From an uncultured Alphaproteobacteria bacterium (GTDB lineage Bacteria; Pseudomonadota; Alphaproteobacteria; CBDUYM01), in NCBI GenBank assembly GCA_965371465.1, contig CBDUYM010000006.1:73768-137767 (forward strand): DNA of 64,000 bases, read 5' to 3'. Position 1 is the first letter of the stretch; each line of letters starts with the position of its first letter. A program made the position numbers and the translations under genes. The notes under the pieces were generated by a model. That model searched no databases and was not told where the DNA came from. It was given only the letters and a program-made list of their open reading frames with translations. Shown piece by piece: positions 18,902 to 28,683 of the stretch.

Positions 18902-20014
18902 ATGTCATCGAACAAGAAAGTCGTCGTATACGGCGCAAGCGGTTACACAGGAAAACTGATTTCTGAGTTCCTGATCAAAAAGGGAATTCCCTTTGTCGCG
19001 GCCGGCCGCAATCTCGAGCGCCTCGAAAGTGAAATGAGAACAGTGCCCGGCGGCAACGAAGCCGACTATGAAATTGCCGCGGTAGATCATTCCAAAGAGG
19101 CGCTCCTCGGCCTTTTCAGCGGGCGACAGGTCGTCGTCAACGTGGTGGGCCCGTTCGGTCAGTTCGGCGACCCTGTTGTCGAAGCCTGCTATGACGCCGG
19201 CTGTCATTATATTGACACCACGGGCGAGACGGACTGGGGTCAGCGCCTGCGCACCGAATGGCACGAGAAATTCGTCAACAAGGATCTCCTCCTGGCGCCG
19301 GCGACGGCCTATATGTGGACGGCTGGCCTGCTGGCGGCCGAAATCTGTCTTGAGACCAAGGGCATAGACAGTGTCGACATCGTCTATTCGCCGGGAAGCT
19401 CTGCGACCATTGCATCGACGCTCTCCTTCATGCGCATGGTGAGCCTTGATCAGTACTATCTCGCCAATAATCAGCTTGTGCCATGGCCCATGCCTTCAAG
19501 GCTACAACTGGCTTTGCCGGATCGGCATGAAATCCTCACCGGGTTGCCCTGGGGCGGCGGGTTCGAGCCCCTGTGGTTCGCCGATGATGATCGCGTCAGG
19601 AACTGCAAAGTCGCGGTCGGCTTCGGCAGCCCATTGATGGTCGACGCGCTGATCGGTCGCATGACCGAATACCAGGAGGCCAAGAAGACAAAATCGCAGG
19701 ACGAGCTCGAAGCCCTGACCACAGAATGGGGCATGCAGATTGCATCGACGCCGCCCAGAGAAATTGAGGATGTTCATACTTCCATCATCTCGTGCAAGGG
19801 CCGTGGCCGCACGGTCGGCAAGAACGTCACCCTTTATGGGACATCGGCCTATCTTCAGACCGGTGCTCTCGCTGCTGAAGCGACAAAGCGCATTCTCGAT
19901 CACCGCTGCGAAGCTTCGGGATTTGCAAGCCCTGCAAAAGCCTTTGGCGCTCGAAACCTTATGGCTTCACTTGCGAACGATGGCCTCCATGCCTGGCAGG
20001 AATTGGCCGCCTAG
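18902..20014 (+). CDS. saccharopine dehydrogenase-like NAD(P)-binding oxidoreductase
   Basis: N-terminal Rossmann motif VVVYGASGYTG. 370 aa. AAAGGA RBS. Confidence 0.7.
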   Translation: MSSNKKVVVYGASGYTGKLISEFLIKKGIPFVAAGRNLERLESEMRTVPGGNEADYEIAAVDHSKEALLGLFSGRQVVVNVVGPFGQFGDPVVEACYDAGCHYIDTTGETDWGQRLRTEWHEKFVNKDLLLAPATAYMWTAGLLAAEICLETKGIDSVDIVYSPGSSATIASTLSFMRMVSLDQYYLANNQLVPWPMPSRLQLALPDRHEILTGLPWGGGFEPLWFADDDRVRNCKVAVGFGSPLMVDALIGRMTEYQEAKKTKSQDELEALTTEWGMQIASTPPREIEDVHTSIISCKGRGRTVGKNVTLYGTSAYLQTGALAAEATKRILDHRCEASGFASPAKAFGARNLMASLANDGLHAWQELAA

Positions 20015-21039
20015 CTCGACCCGGCTGGCAGGAATGGATCGAGCACTTCGGCTTTGAAAGCTGACATGCAATCGTCACGCGCGCCGATGTTCTTGAGCTG
20101 CCGTTCCGCGCGCTTCAGCACTCTGTGCAGCATGGCAGGGTCGCCAGGCGTGATGAGTTCCTTGTCCGGTGTGTCGAAGTAGACGACGTTGCCGTCGGGA
20201 TCATTCGTGTTCCAGTGGGCGCCGGGGCCGTCGCCGAATTCTTCAGCTGTATAGCGTGTGGGCTCACCATCCAGTTCAAAACCGGCTGATTTCAATCGCT
20301 CGTATAGCTCAAACGGATCGCCGCCCCGGAAGTTGATCCAGTTTGCCCCCAGAGACGTCATCAGATCGAAGTGGCAATCGCCATTGCCGACCTCGGTCCA
20401 GCCCTCGTTGTGAACGGCTTCTACATCGAGGCCGAGAGATTCCCAGAAAGCCGCAGATTTCTTGTTGTCAGCGGTCTTGAAACAATAGGTGAAGAAGCCC
20501 GGAAATGTGCCGGGTTCCGTGGGGGGCGAGGTATCGATGTCCATTTCCGTCACGGCCCGCTTCTCCTGCGGCATGAACTTTTCGCGGATTTCTGTGTCAA
20601 AGGCCTTGCGGCACTCGTCTGATGCACCCACATTGATGAGCATTTTGGCAGTCGCATCCAGAACGCGCTGGAGCATGAAGTTGTAACCTTTCTCGCCAAT
20701 TTCACCGCCGTTGGTATCAAAAAAGACATTGTTGCCATCCGGGCAGTATTCAATCCAGCCGGATCCTTCCCGTTCCGATCCATCGAAGCGTCCGGCCTTG
20801 CCTTTGAACTTGTAACCGGTTGCTTCGCCCGCCTCTTTCACGTTGACGGCATCTGCACCGCGGAAGTTGAAACAATGGTCATCCAGAAAATTCATCAGTG
20901 CGATGTCAATGTCACCGTTGTTCATGAGATTATTGCTCGGATTGTCAATGTGAACCTTGAACCCGAGAGTCTCGTAAAAGCGTCGCATTGCCGGGACGTC
21001 TTTGGTTGCAAGACACAGGGAAAACTGTCCGGGGAACAT
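20011..21039 (-). CDS. VOC (glyoxalase/bleomycin-resistance fold) family protein with internal repeats
   Basis: 342 aa with repeated VOC modules (FPGQFSLC..., FPGFFTYCF...) and a repeated linker RVL-A-LxNIGAxDxCxxAF. GGAGG RBS. Confidence 0.7.
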   Translation of the reverse strand: MFPGQFSLCLATKDVPAMRRFYETLGFKVHIDNPSNNLMNNGDIDIALMNFLDDHCFNFRGADAVNVKEAGEATGYKFKGKAGRFDGSEREGSGWIEYCPDGNNVFFDTNGGEIGEKGYNFMLQRVLDATAKMLINVGASDECRKAFDTEIREKFMPQEKRAVTEMDIDTSPPTEPGTFPGFFTYCFKTADNKKSAAFWESLGLDVEAVHNEGWTEVGNGDCHFDLMTSLGANWINFRGGDPFELYERLKSAGFELDGEPTRYTAEEFGDGPGAHWNTNDPDGNVVYFDTPDKELITPGDPAMLHRVLKRAERQLKNIGARDDCMSAFKAEVLDPFLPAGSS

Positions 21040-21050
21040 CGTATACCTCC

Positions 21051-22055
21051 TCAGCTAAGTACCCTCGCGATCGCTTCAGAAGCCGCAGGATTGACGCCGG
21101 TGTCAGCAATCTGGCGGCAAGCGCGCTCCAAGACGTTTTTGATACGGGTCGGATCACCCGGTTCAATGAGCTCGGGATCCGTTGTATCAAAATAGACAAC
21201 ATTCCCTTCCGGGTCCTTTGTTTGCCAATGACCGCCAGGCTGACCGAATTCTTCCTTCGTGTACCCTACGGGTTCGCCCTCAAGTTCGAGGCCTGCTGCG
21301 GCCATTTGCTCATAGACCCGGAATACATCCGCACCTCGGAAGTTGAAGCAGTTACCAGGCAGGAAATTCATGAGGTCGATATCACAGCAGGATGTGCTCA
21401 TATGGATGTGGCCCCCTTCGGACGGCTCGCCTGTCTCAAGCCCCATAGCTTCATAGAATTTGCGGCTCTTTTCGGTGTCCTCCGATTTGATGCACCAGGT
21501 GAAATGACCTGCGAATTTGCCCTGGACTGTGTCCGGAAATTTAGGCGCCCTTCCTTCCTTGCGCATGTCATCGGTGACGTGATGCTGCATGATCCTGTCA
21601 TCATATGCCTTCATGACTTCGTCATCAGCGCCCAGGTTGATCAGCTGGTTTCTGGCACCGTCCAGGATTCTGCACAGGACCTGTTTGTTGCCCTGTTCGC
21701 TGAGATCAAACTCGTTGGTATCAAAGAAAATTGCCGTCCCGTCCGGGTCATGGGTCATCCAGTTGCCGCCGTCGGCGGTGGCGTTGAACTGCTCCTTTTT
21801 GTAGGACATGGGTTTGCCGTCAGGCTCAATTCCGGCGGCGGCGACCAAATCATAGAAGGCAAATGGATCTGCGCCCCTGAAATTGAAACTGAGCTGGCTT
21901 TGAAAGCCCATGAGGAAAATATGAAGATCGCCGTTTGACAGGGAAACGCCCTGGTCATGCGCGTTTGTTGTCACCATGCCCATGGCTTCGTAAAAGGCCT
22001 GCGAACCCTTGAGGTCCGTTGTCGGGATACAAAGAGTGCAATGACCTGGGAACAT
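21051..22055 (-). CDS. VOC family protein (paralog, internal repeats)
   Basis: Paralog of the downstream gene (FPGHCTLCI..., FAGHFTWCI...). Start set at ATG 22055, which has a GGGGGAG RBS. Confidence 0.7.
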   Translation of the reverse strand: MFPGHCTLCIPTTDLKGSQAFYEAMGMVTTNAHDQGVSLSNGDLHIFLMGFQSQLSFNFRGADPFAFYDLVAAAGIEPDGKPMSYKKEQFNATADGGNWMTHDPDGTAIFFDTNEFDLSEQGNKQVLCRILDGARNQLINLGADDEVMKAYDDRIMQHHVTDDMRKEGRAPKFPDTVQGKFAGHFTWCIKSEDTEKSRKFYEAMGLETGEPSEGGHIHMSTSCCDIDLMNFLPGNCFNFRGADVFRVYEQMAAAGLELEGEPVGYTKEEFGQPGGHWQTKDPEGNVVYFDTTDPELIEPGDPTRIKNVLERACRQIADTGVNPAASEAIARVLS

Positions 22056-22160
22056 CTCAATCTCCCCCTGTTCTCGCCAATGTCTGCTGTCCTTCTTCGG
22101 AACGATTCTCATCTGGTCGCAACATGCACCTGGTTGTCAATAGACGCCCGCTTCTGATAC

Positions 22161-22658
22161 GTGAATGACATGCTTATCCGCGAAGAGACAGAAGAGGACA
22201 TTCCTGCCATCCGGCAGGTGGTGCGGGATGCTTTTGACAGCCAGATTGAGCCCGATCTTGCCGACAGACTGCGGGCCGATGGCGACAGCGTCTATTCCGT
22301 CGTGGCTGAGGATGCAGGCGAAATCATCGGCCACGTCATGATGTCGAGAGTGCTCGCGCCTGATGGATGCCTCTGTGTCAGCCCGGTGAGCGTGACGCCC
22401 ACCCGCCAGGGGCAGGAAGTTGGCTCAAAGCTCATGCGAGAGTGCATAGACATTGCAAGACGCGGTGGCTGGCAGGCGCTCTTTCTGCTCGGCAACCCGG
22501 CATACTACGGCCGCTTCGGATTCAGTGTTGCTCTGGCCGACAAGTTCGAGACGAACTACGCCAAACAATTCTTTCAGGCCCTGGAACTGGTGCCAGATGC
22601 ATTGGACGTGCGTTCCGGCCCCTATATCGAGCCTCAGGCATTTCAGGATTTAGACTGA
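22161..22658 (+). CDS. GNAT family N-acetyltransferase
   Basis: 165 aa with the acetyl-CoA binding RQGQEVGSKLM motif. The ORF begins with GTG; an ATG alternative lies at 22170. Confidence 0.7.
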   Translation: MNDMLIREETEEDIPAIRQVVRDAFDSQIEPDLADRLRADGDSVYSVVAEDAGEIIGHVMMSRVLAPDGCLCVSPVSVTPTRQGQEVGSKLMRECIDIARRGGWQALFLLGNPAYYGRFGFSVALADKFETNYAKQFFQALELVPDALDVRSGPYIEPQAFQDLD

Positions 22659-22722
22659 TCCCGTGTCCGGACAGCTACCTTTCGGTAGCGATCTTGCCGA
22701 ACCGCTATTCGCTGCCCAGAGG

Positions 22723-23784
22723 TCAAAGGACGACGAGCTCGGCCTGGTCTGGCTTTGGACCCGACAAAAGCAGTTGATAGGTCTCCGAAACATCGTGACC
22801 AATGTGAACAGTCACATGACGACGCATGGACATCGTAAATTCATCTTTCAACTGCTCCAGGCGCGCATTTTCGTTTGCACTTCGATTGCTACCACTGCCT
22901 GCTCCGAAAGGGCTGGTGAACAGCGCAGGTGCCGCGCCCGGTAGTTCTGCGACTTCTTCCGCAGTTTGTACATTGCTGGTCGCTGCCACCCAGTGCGTAG
23001 TGCCGAAAAATGTAGAATGCTTGAGATTTCCGCCGATCAGCGTGTGCACTCTTTTTCGCACATCCGGGTTGCCACAAATGTCAATGTATATGGTGGGGAC
23101 ATCAGGCGCTATCACTTCGATGTTCTCGTAGGCATCGACTTGGTCAAACCAATTAAATTCTTCAACGAACGCTCGGTTGTCGCTTGAGGTTAGGCCAACT
23201 GTTGTAACTTCTTCATGCTTGCTCAGAAGAAAGGCGAGCCCAAGTGCCACCTTGCTGGAAGCGCTCGAAATCACCACTCTGGATACTGTCCCTATCCGTT
23301 CCAGGACATGGGCTTCAAGGGCTTGCGGTGAATTGAAGTCAGGCGTGAATTCCTCACCCCAAATTTCATGCCGCTCAATCCGCTGGTATCGATTGTAGCT
23401 TGGACTTAAGGGCGTTTGTCGGTGGCGGGCAATGTCGGAAAAGCCAGCGTTGGAAACATCGCCAGCCTCTACAACAAGTTGGCTGGACATGGGGTAGAAG
23501 CCGTGGAATGTGGCGCCTTCTTCCACCCCAGCGTGGTGGCTTCTCAGTACAGTGCCGATACCCCATACCGGAACCCGGCCCCAGCCTTCTTCGGCAGGGA
23601 AATAGTCCCAATATCCAATGCCGCCAGCCACGGCATAGGTAACATTGTTGGCAGACATGCTGAACCGCTGAACGCTCAAGAGCACTTCATTCACCGCCAG
23701 TTTCAGCATCGCCGGATCAGGCTCTTCGACAAACCGTGTTTTGTGCAAATCCAGCTTGCTAACTTCAAAGCATTGCGACGTCAT
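22723..23784 (-). CDS. hypothetical protein (possibly DUF2855-like, MDR-fold-like)
   Basis: 353 aa. The N-terminal half shows a GroES-like pattern (LKLAVNEVLLSV...AVAGGIGYWDYFP) and the C-terminal half is Rossmann-like but lacks GxGxxG. No confident family assignment. Confidence 0.45.
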   Translation of the reverse strand: MTSQCFEVSKLDLHKTRFVEEPDPAMLKLAVNEVLLSVQRFSMSANNVTYAVAGGIGYWDYFPAEEGWGRVPVWGIGTVLRSHHAGVEEGATFHGFYPMSSQLVVEAGDVSNAGFSDIARHRQTPLSPSYNRYQRIERHEIWGEEFTPDFNSPQALEAHVLERIGTVSRVVISSASSKVALGLAFLLSKHEEVTTVGLTSSDNRAFVEEFNWFDQVDAYENIEVIAPDVPTIYIDICGNPDVRKRVHTLIGGNLKHSTFFGTTHWVAATSNVQTAEEVAELPGAAPALFTSPFGAGSGSNRSANENARLEQLKDEFTMSMRRHVTVHIGHDVSETYQLLLSGPKPDQAELVVL

Positions 23785-23799
23785 CGTGAATTTCTTCTC

Positions 23800-24645
23800 C
23801 TATGGTAGCCCTGCGCCTGGCACATCAACTTCAACGATTTCGATTTTTCCAGCGCGCGCAGCCTTGGTTGCCTCGGCCCCGGATGACTCCGCTGTTGCCG
23901 CAAACAGCGTCTTGCCATCCGGCCCGCCAAGCATACAGGCGAAGGCACTGGTGGAGACGGGGATGCGAGCTGTCACTTCGCCGCCCTCAAGGATGCGGAT
24001 GCAATCGTTTGTAGTTGGCGATGCTATCCAGATGGCACCTTCGGCGTCCAGGCAGATACCATCGGGCACGGCGGGGGTGGTTTTGGCCCATTCGCGGCGA
24101 TTAGTAAGCGAACCGTCGTCCTCAATGTCGAAGGCGGTGAGCCTGCCGCCGTAGGTTTCGCCGACGATCATGGTTTTGCCGTCTGGCGTGATGACTGTAC
24201 CGTTCGGGAACGCGACGTCTTCGGCAACAGTGCGGACTTCGCCATCCGCTGTAACCAGGATGATCTCGGCCTTCCGATATTCCGGTGGATCGATTTCATT
24301 GTTGAAGCCAAAATTGCCGACATAGGCGTTGCCCCTGGCATCCACTACCATGTCGTTGCAGTGCCATTTGGCGATTTTGCTCATGTCGCCGACTTCGGTG
24401 AGCCCATCATCGTCAAGGCGGAGGAGCTTTCTGTCCGTCATGGAGACAATGAGGAGCCTGCCGTCTGGCGTCCAGCCGAGGCCAGAGGGCTGGGTCGGCA
24501 CTTCGACGATGGTCTCAGCATTACCCTCCATATCAACGGCAATCACCTTGTGATCGTGCATGTCAGAGAACCAGAACCGGCCGTCGTGCCAGCGTGGGCC
24601 TTCCGGGAAGCAAAGATCATCCAGAAGTGTTTTGAAATCAGGCAT
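23800..24645 (-). CDS. SMP-30/gluconolactonase/LRE family protein
   Basis: CFPEGPRW motif and beta-propeller repeat pattern. Confidence 0.8.
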   Translation of the reverse strand: MPDFKTLLDDLCFPEGPRWHDGRFWFSDMHDHKVIAVDMEGNAETIVEVPTQPSGLGWTPDGRLLIVSMTDRKLLRLDDDGLTEVGDMSKIAKWHCNDMVVDARGNAYVGNFGFNNEIDPPEYRKAEIILVTADGEVRTVAEDVAFPNGTVITPDGKTMIVGETYGGRLTAFDIEDDGSLTNRREWAKTTPAVPDGICLDAEGAIWIASPTTNDCIRILEGGEVTARIPVSTSAFACMLGGPDGKTLFAATAESSGAEATKAARAGKIEIVEVDVPGAGLP

Positions 24646-24656
24646 ATTGAGTCTCC

Positions 24657-26216
24657 CTATATGACAGCTTCAATGAGATTTGGGCCCTCGTTGCTTAGGG
24701 CATCGTCGAGGGCATTGTGGAAATCTTCAGCCGTGGCGACGGTAACACTGTCCACGCCCATGCCTTTGCCAATCTGCGAGAAATCGAGATCAGGCCTGCC
24801 AAGATCAAACATATCGAGAGCCTTCGGGCCCGGGTTCTGGACGCCGGCGCGCGCGTATTCGATTGCGAGAATCTGATATTTGCGGTTCGAGAAGATGATG
24901 TTGGTTACATCGAGGTTTTCGCGGGCTTGTGTCCAGAGGGACTGGATTACGTACATGCCGGAGCCGTCGCCTTCAAGGTTGATGACTTTTCTGTCCGGGC
25001 AGGCAACCGCCGCACCGGTGGACAGGGGAAATCCAAGCCCGATTGCACCACCGCCCTGTGAGAGCCAGCTGTGGCGGGCTGCTGAAGCGGTCAGGAAGCT
25101 CGTCGGACCGCCTGACGTGTTAGAATCATTTGCCACAATCGCGCCTTCCGGCAGGAGCATGGCCACAGACTGACCGATGGTCATGACACTGAGATCACCA
25201 GTCGGCTTACCGTCCGGCAACGAAAGCTCGCGGTAGGTATCGACATCTTTTGGTGCCCCCACGGCTTCCGCAAGTGCGATCAATGCGCCTGTTGCATCTT
25301 CCTCAATCTCCGCCAGACGGAAAGGCTGTGTGTCCGTTGGGATCAGGCTCGGTGGTACGTCTTTGTAGGCGAAGAATGAAACAGGGGCGGTCACACCGAC
25401 CATAATGAAATGCCTGACGCCGCTCAGCGACTTCACGGCATCTTCGGGGAAATACGGCAATGTCTCCATCGGCAATGTGCCCGCCCCCCGTTCCATGCGG
25501 GCGGGGAACATGTCGGTCATGAGCCGTGCGCCGGTCTTGGCGGCGATCCGGTGAGCGGCTTTGATGCCATCTTCGCTGAGCCCGGCGCCCGAAATATAGA
25601 GCAGGCACTGGCTGTCTTCCAGTAGCCGTTCAGCAGCGCCATCGATCAGTTTTTGATCAACCGCTGCGCGCTCAGGAATGGCAGGGACCTTGCCAAGCGC
25701 TGTGGTGTCACCCCAGGAACAGTCCGCAGGCAGGATCAAAGTGGCGACATTGCCTTCGGAATCCTTCGATGGGCTAAGACTTGCGGCGATGGCGTCGGCC
25801 GCGCCCTGGCCGACCTGATCCGGGACGGCGGGCATGTGAATCCAGCTGGAAACCGCAGAGGCAAGAGCATGAATGTCTGTATTCAACGGCGCATCATAGG
25901 GAATGTGCCAGGTCGCATGGTTGCCAATGATGTTGACGATCGGACTTTTTGCACGCCTCGCGTCATGCTGGCATGCAATGGAGTTGGCGAACCCTGGACC
26001 GAGGTGAAAGACCGTTGATGCGGGCGTGCCCTTCATCCGCGCATAACCGTCTGCGGCACCTGAGCAGACCCCTTCAAACAGGCAGAGGATCGAGCGCATT
26101 TTCGGGTTGCCGTCAATGGCTTGCACGAGGTGCATTTCGGAAGTGCCCGGGTTTACGAAACAGACGTCAACGCCGCCCTGAACAAGGGTTTCAATCACCA
26201 CATCTGCGCCGTTCAT
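24657..26216 (-). CDS. thiamine pyrophosphate-dependent enzyme (acetolactate synthase large-subunit-like)
   Basis: 519 aa with TPP_enzyme N/M/C domain order and the GDGS TPP-binding motif. Confidence 0.8.
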   Translation of the reverse strand: MNGADVVIETLVQGGVDVCFVNPGTSEMHLVQAIDGNPKMRSILCLFEGVCSGAADGYARMKGTPASTVFHLGPGFANSIACQHDARRAKSPIVNIIGNHATWHIPYDAPLNTDIHALASAVSSWIHMPAVPDQVGQGAADAIAASLSPSKDSEGNVATLILPADCSWGDTTALGKVPAIPERAAVDQKLIDGAAERLLEDSQCLLYISGAGLSEDGIKAAHRIAAKTGARLMTDMFPARMERGAGTLPMETLPYFPEDAVKSLSGVRHFIMVGVTAPVSFFAYKDVPPSLIPTDTQPFRLAEIEEDATGALIALAEAVGAPKDVDTYRELSLPDGKPTGDLSVMTIGQSVAMLLPEGAIVANDSNTSGGPTSFLTASAARHSWLSQGGGAIGLGFPLSTGAAVACPDRKVINLEGDGSGMYVIQSLWTQARENLDVTNIIFSNRKYQILAIEYARAGVQNPGPKALDMFDLGRPDLDFSQIGKGMGVDSVTVATAEDFHNALDDALSNEGPNLIEAVI

Positions 26217-26331
26217 ATCAACTCCTCAAGTTTCCGGGGTTGAGAGCGAAGCTAGGTGACTGGCGCTTTGAAAGCAAGTGAGGGCAGGATATGCTTCGGC
26301 GAACAAAAGTATCACTCCAAGGGAGAGGGAC

Positions 26332-27144
26332 ATGGCGGCCGAACCAGCCCATGACTATTTCGATGCCTCAGACGGCACTAAACTTCACTACATGACAGTT
26401 GGGACGAAGGGCTCATACGTCTTTCTGATTCACGGATATCTGGGCAGCGCCGAAGGGAACTGGTTTCTGAACGGCATTGCGCAGGAATTGGCCAAGAACC
26501 ATCGCGTTGTGGCCATAGATAATCGCAATCACGGCAAGAGCGACAAGCCCGAGCGCGGTGGTGCGGGCAAGTGGGAAGATTCCCTGGAGCTGATGGATCA
26601 TCTTAAGATCAAGAAAGCTCATATCCACGGCTATTCCATGGGCGGCATGATCACCGGGCGACTGCTCGCGGCCCATCCTGACCGGTTCATTACGGCGGGC
26701 TTCGGTGGCTCCGGCATTCGGGAAAGCGATCCGGACTGGATTGAAAAAGTGCCCGAGGACATCAAGGGCGTTGATCCTGAGGAAGCAAAGATTACGCGGA
26801 ACCTTCGTATCAGCGCTGCCATGAACAATGGCAGGACGCGTGAAGAGGCCGAGAAACGGGTGGATGAACCGCCAAGAGAGCCTCAAGGCGGGGCTGCTGC
26901 GCGGCCGGCCCTGTTCCGGACACCGCTCGAGATCGATCTGAAAGAAGTCAGTATTCCGGTCCTGGCTATCAATGGCGAATACGACAGCCCCTGGGTGAAG
27001 ACCTTCCGCATGTGGCGCGAGCTCAATGATTTCACCAGCATTGTGTTACCTGGGAAGTCCCATCTGACGGCAATTGTCGCCGGTCAGATGCCGCCAGAAT
27101 ACATTGATGGCCTGGTCCGTTTTATTGATGGAAATGATACCTGA
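26332..27144 (+). CDS. alpha/beta hydrolase
   Basis: HGYSMGG nucleophile elbow and HGYLGS oxyanion region. Start set at ATG 26332, which has a GGGAGAGGG RBS. Confidence 0.75.
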   Translation: MAAEPAHDYFDASDGTKLHYMTVGTKGSYVFLIHGYLGSAEGNWFLNGIAQELAKNHRVVAIDNRNHGKSDKPERGGAGKWEDSLELMDHLKIKKAHIHGYSMGGMITGRLLAAHPDRFITAGFGGSGIRESDPDWIEKVPEDIKGVDPEEAKITRNLRISAAMNNGRTREEAEKRVDEPPREPQGGAAARPALFRTPLEIDLKEVSIPVLAINGEYDSPWVKTFRMWRELNDFTSIVLPGKSHLTAIVAGQMPPEYIDGLVRFIDGNDT

Positions 27145-27163
27145 GAACTGGGGAGCGCGAACC

Positions 27164-28681
27164 ATGAGTGCAGTGGAAAAAACCAACACCGGAATTCTTG
27201 CTGATGCGGAAATTGAAATCGAAACGGGGCACCTGCAAGGTGTGACTGCCGATCTGAATGATGCAATTTCGGTTTTCAGGGGTATCCCCTTTGCCGCCCC
27301 GCCGGTCGGGGAATTACGCTGGAGAGCCCCTGAGCCGGTGTCCTTCTGGGACGGTGTGCGGGACGCGACGGATTTTGGCAATGCCCAGCCACAGCCGATT
27401 GCAGCAGATGGCGGACATGGTGTCAGCGCCGATCAGCCCATGGCCGAAGATTGTCTTTACCTGAATGTCTGGACCCCTGCGAGGTCGCCTGATGAAGCGC
27501 TTCCTGTCATGGTCTGGATTCACGGCGGCGGCTTCATGACCGGGTCCGGGTCATCTCCTCTCTATGAAGGAACGCATTTTGCCGAAGAAGGCGTTGTGTT
27601 CGTAAACTTCAATTACCGCCTTGGTGTCTTCGGGAATTTTGCTCATCCCTGGCTTTCCCAGGAATCGCGCCACGGGGTATCCGGCAACTATGGTCTGATG
27701 GATCAGATTGCAGCACTTCGGTGGGTGCGTCAGAACATTGAAGCCTTTGGCGGCGACCCATCGAACGTCACCATCTTTGGCGAAAGTGCAGGGGGACGGT
27801 CAGTTTCACTTCTGATGGTGTCACCATTGGCGGCCGGCCTCTTCGACAAGGCAATCGCTCACAGCGGTGCTCTGCGCGACACACGATATACGCTGGAATC
27901 CCGGCAAGAACTGGGCGTCAAAATTGCCGAAGAAGTCGGTGCCGCTAATCTCGGGGATTTGCGGCAGAAGTCCTACGACGAGCTGACCGCCGTCAAAGGT
28001 TTCAACAACAATCCCATGGTTGACGGCTATGTGGTCGCGGAGGACCCGGAGAATACCTACAGGGAAGGCGGCCAACAGGACGTACCGTTTATTGCCGGTT
28101 TCAATCGCGATGAAGGTGGGCTTGGCCTGGGCCGGCTGCGCAACAGGCCCGAGACTGTGGGCGATTATCGGTCACATCTGGACGCACGGTTTGGCGACAA
28201 TGGCGCAGCGATGGCTGGCACCTATCCTGTTTCAACAGCCGATGGGATCCTCCCCAGACTCGTAGAAATCGGAACCGATACTGGCTTCGCTCTTCATGCC
28301 AGACGTCAGCTGCGCTGGATGCAGAGCAATGGTTCAGATGTCTTCCAATACTACTTCACAATGGAAAATCCGCTGGTGGGTGAGAAGTATCTGGCGGTCA
28401 ATCACGGGACGGAACTCGCCTACGTCTTTGGCAACGGCATGTTCTCCGCAGACTTCCGACACGCTCGCCGGATCGATGATTCTCAGCGGGATCTGGCTAA
28501 CGCCATGCGTCGCTACTGGACCAACTTTGCGAGGACGGGCAACCCCAATGGTGACGGCCTTGTCGCCTGGCCAGGCTTCGATGGCGACGAAAAGACGCTG
28601 GAGCTTGGTGCAGAAGTACGTGTGGTCGAGCACCTCAAAGCAAAAGCTCTCGACACAATTGATCCCTTTGTTGAAGCCTGA
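27164..28681 (+). CDS. carboxylesterase type B
   Basis: GESAGG serine motif and HGGGF oxyanion motif. The ORF's N-terminal extension overlaps the upstream gene, so the start was moved to ATG 27164, which has a GGGGAG RBS. Confidence 0.85.
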   Translation: MSAVEKTNTGILADAEIEIETGHLQGVTADLNDAISVFRGIPFAAPPVGELRWRAPEPVSFWDGVRDATDFGNAQPQPIAADGGHGVSADQPMAEDCLYLNVWTPARSPDEALPVMVWIHGGGFMTGSGSSPLYEGTHFAEEGVVFVNFNYRLGVFGNFAHPWLSQESRHGVSGNYGLMDQIAALRWVRQNIEAFGGDPSNVTIFGESAGGRSVSLLMVSPLAAGLFDKAIAHSGALRDTRYTLESRQELGVKIAEEVGAANLGDLRQKSYDELTAVKGFNNNPMVDGYVVAEDPENTYREGGQQDVPFIAGFNRDEGGLGLGRLRNRPETVGDYRSHLDARFGDNGAAMAGTYPVSTADGILPRLVEIGTDTGFALHARRQLRWMQSNGSDVFQYYFTMENPLVGEKYLAVNHGTELAYVFGNGMFSADFRHARRIDDSQRDLANAMRRYWTNFARTGNPNGDGLVAWPGFDGDEKTLELGAEVRVVEHLKAKALDTIDPFVEA

Positions 28682-28683
28682 AG

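Noticed and set aside
27074-27163. N-terminal extension of carboxylesterase B overlapping the alpha/beta hydrolase gene
   Set aside because: The internal ATG 27164 has a good RBS and removes the 70-nt overlap.
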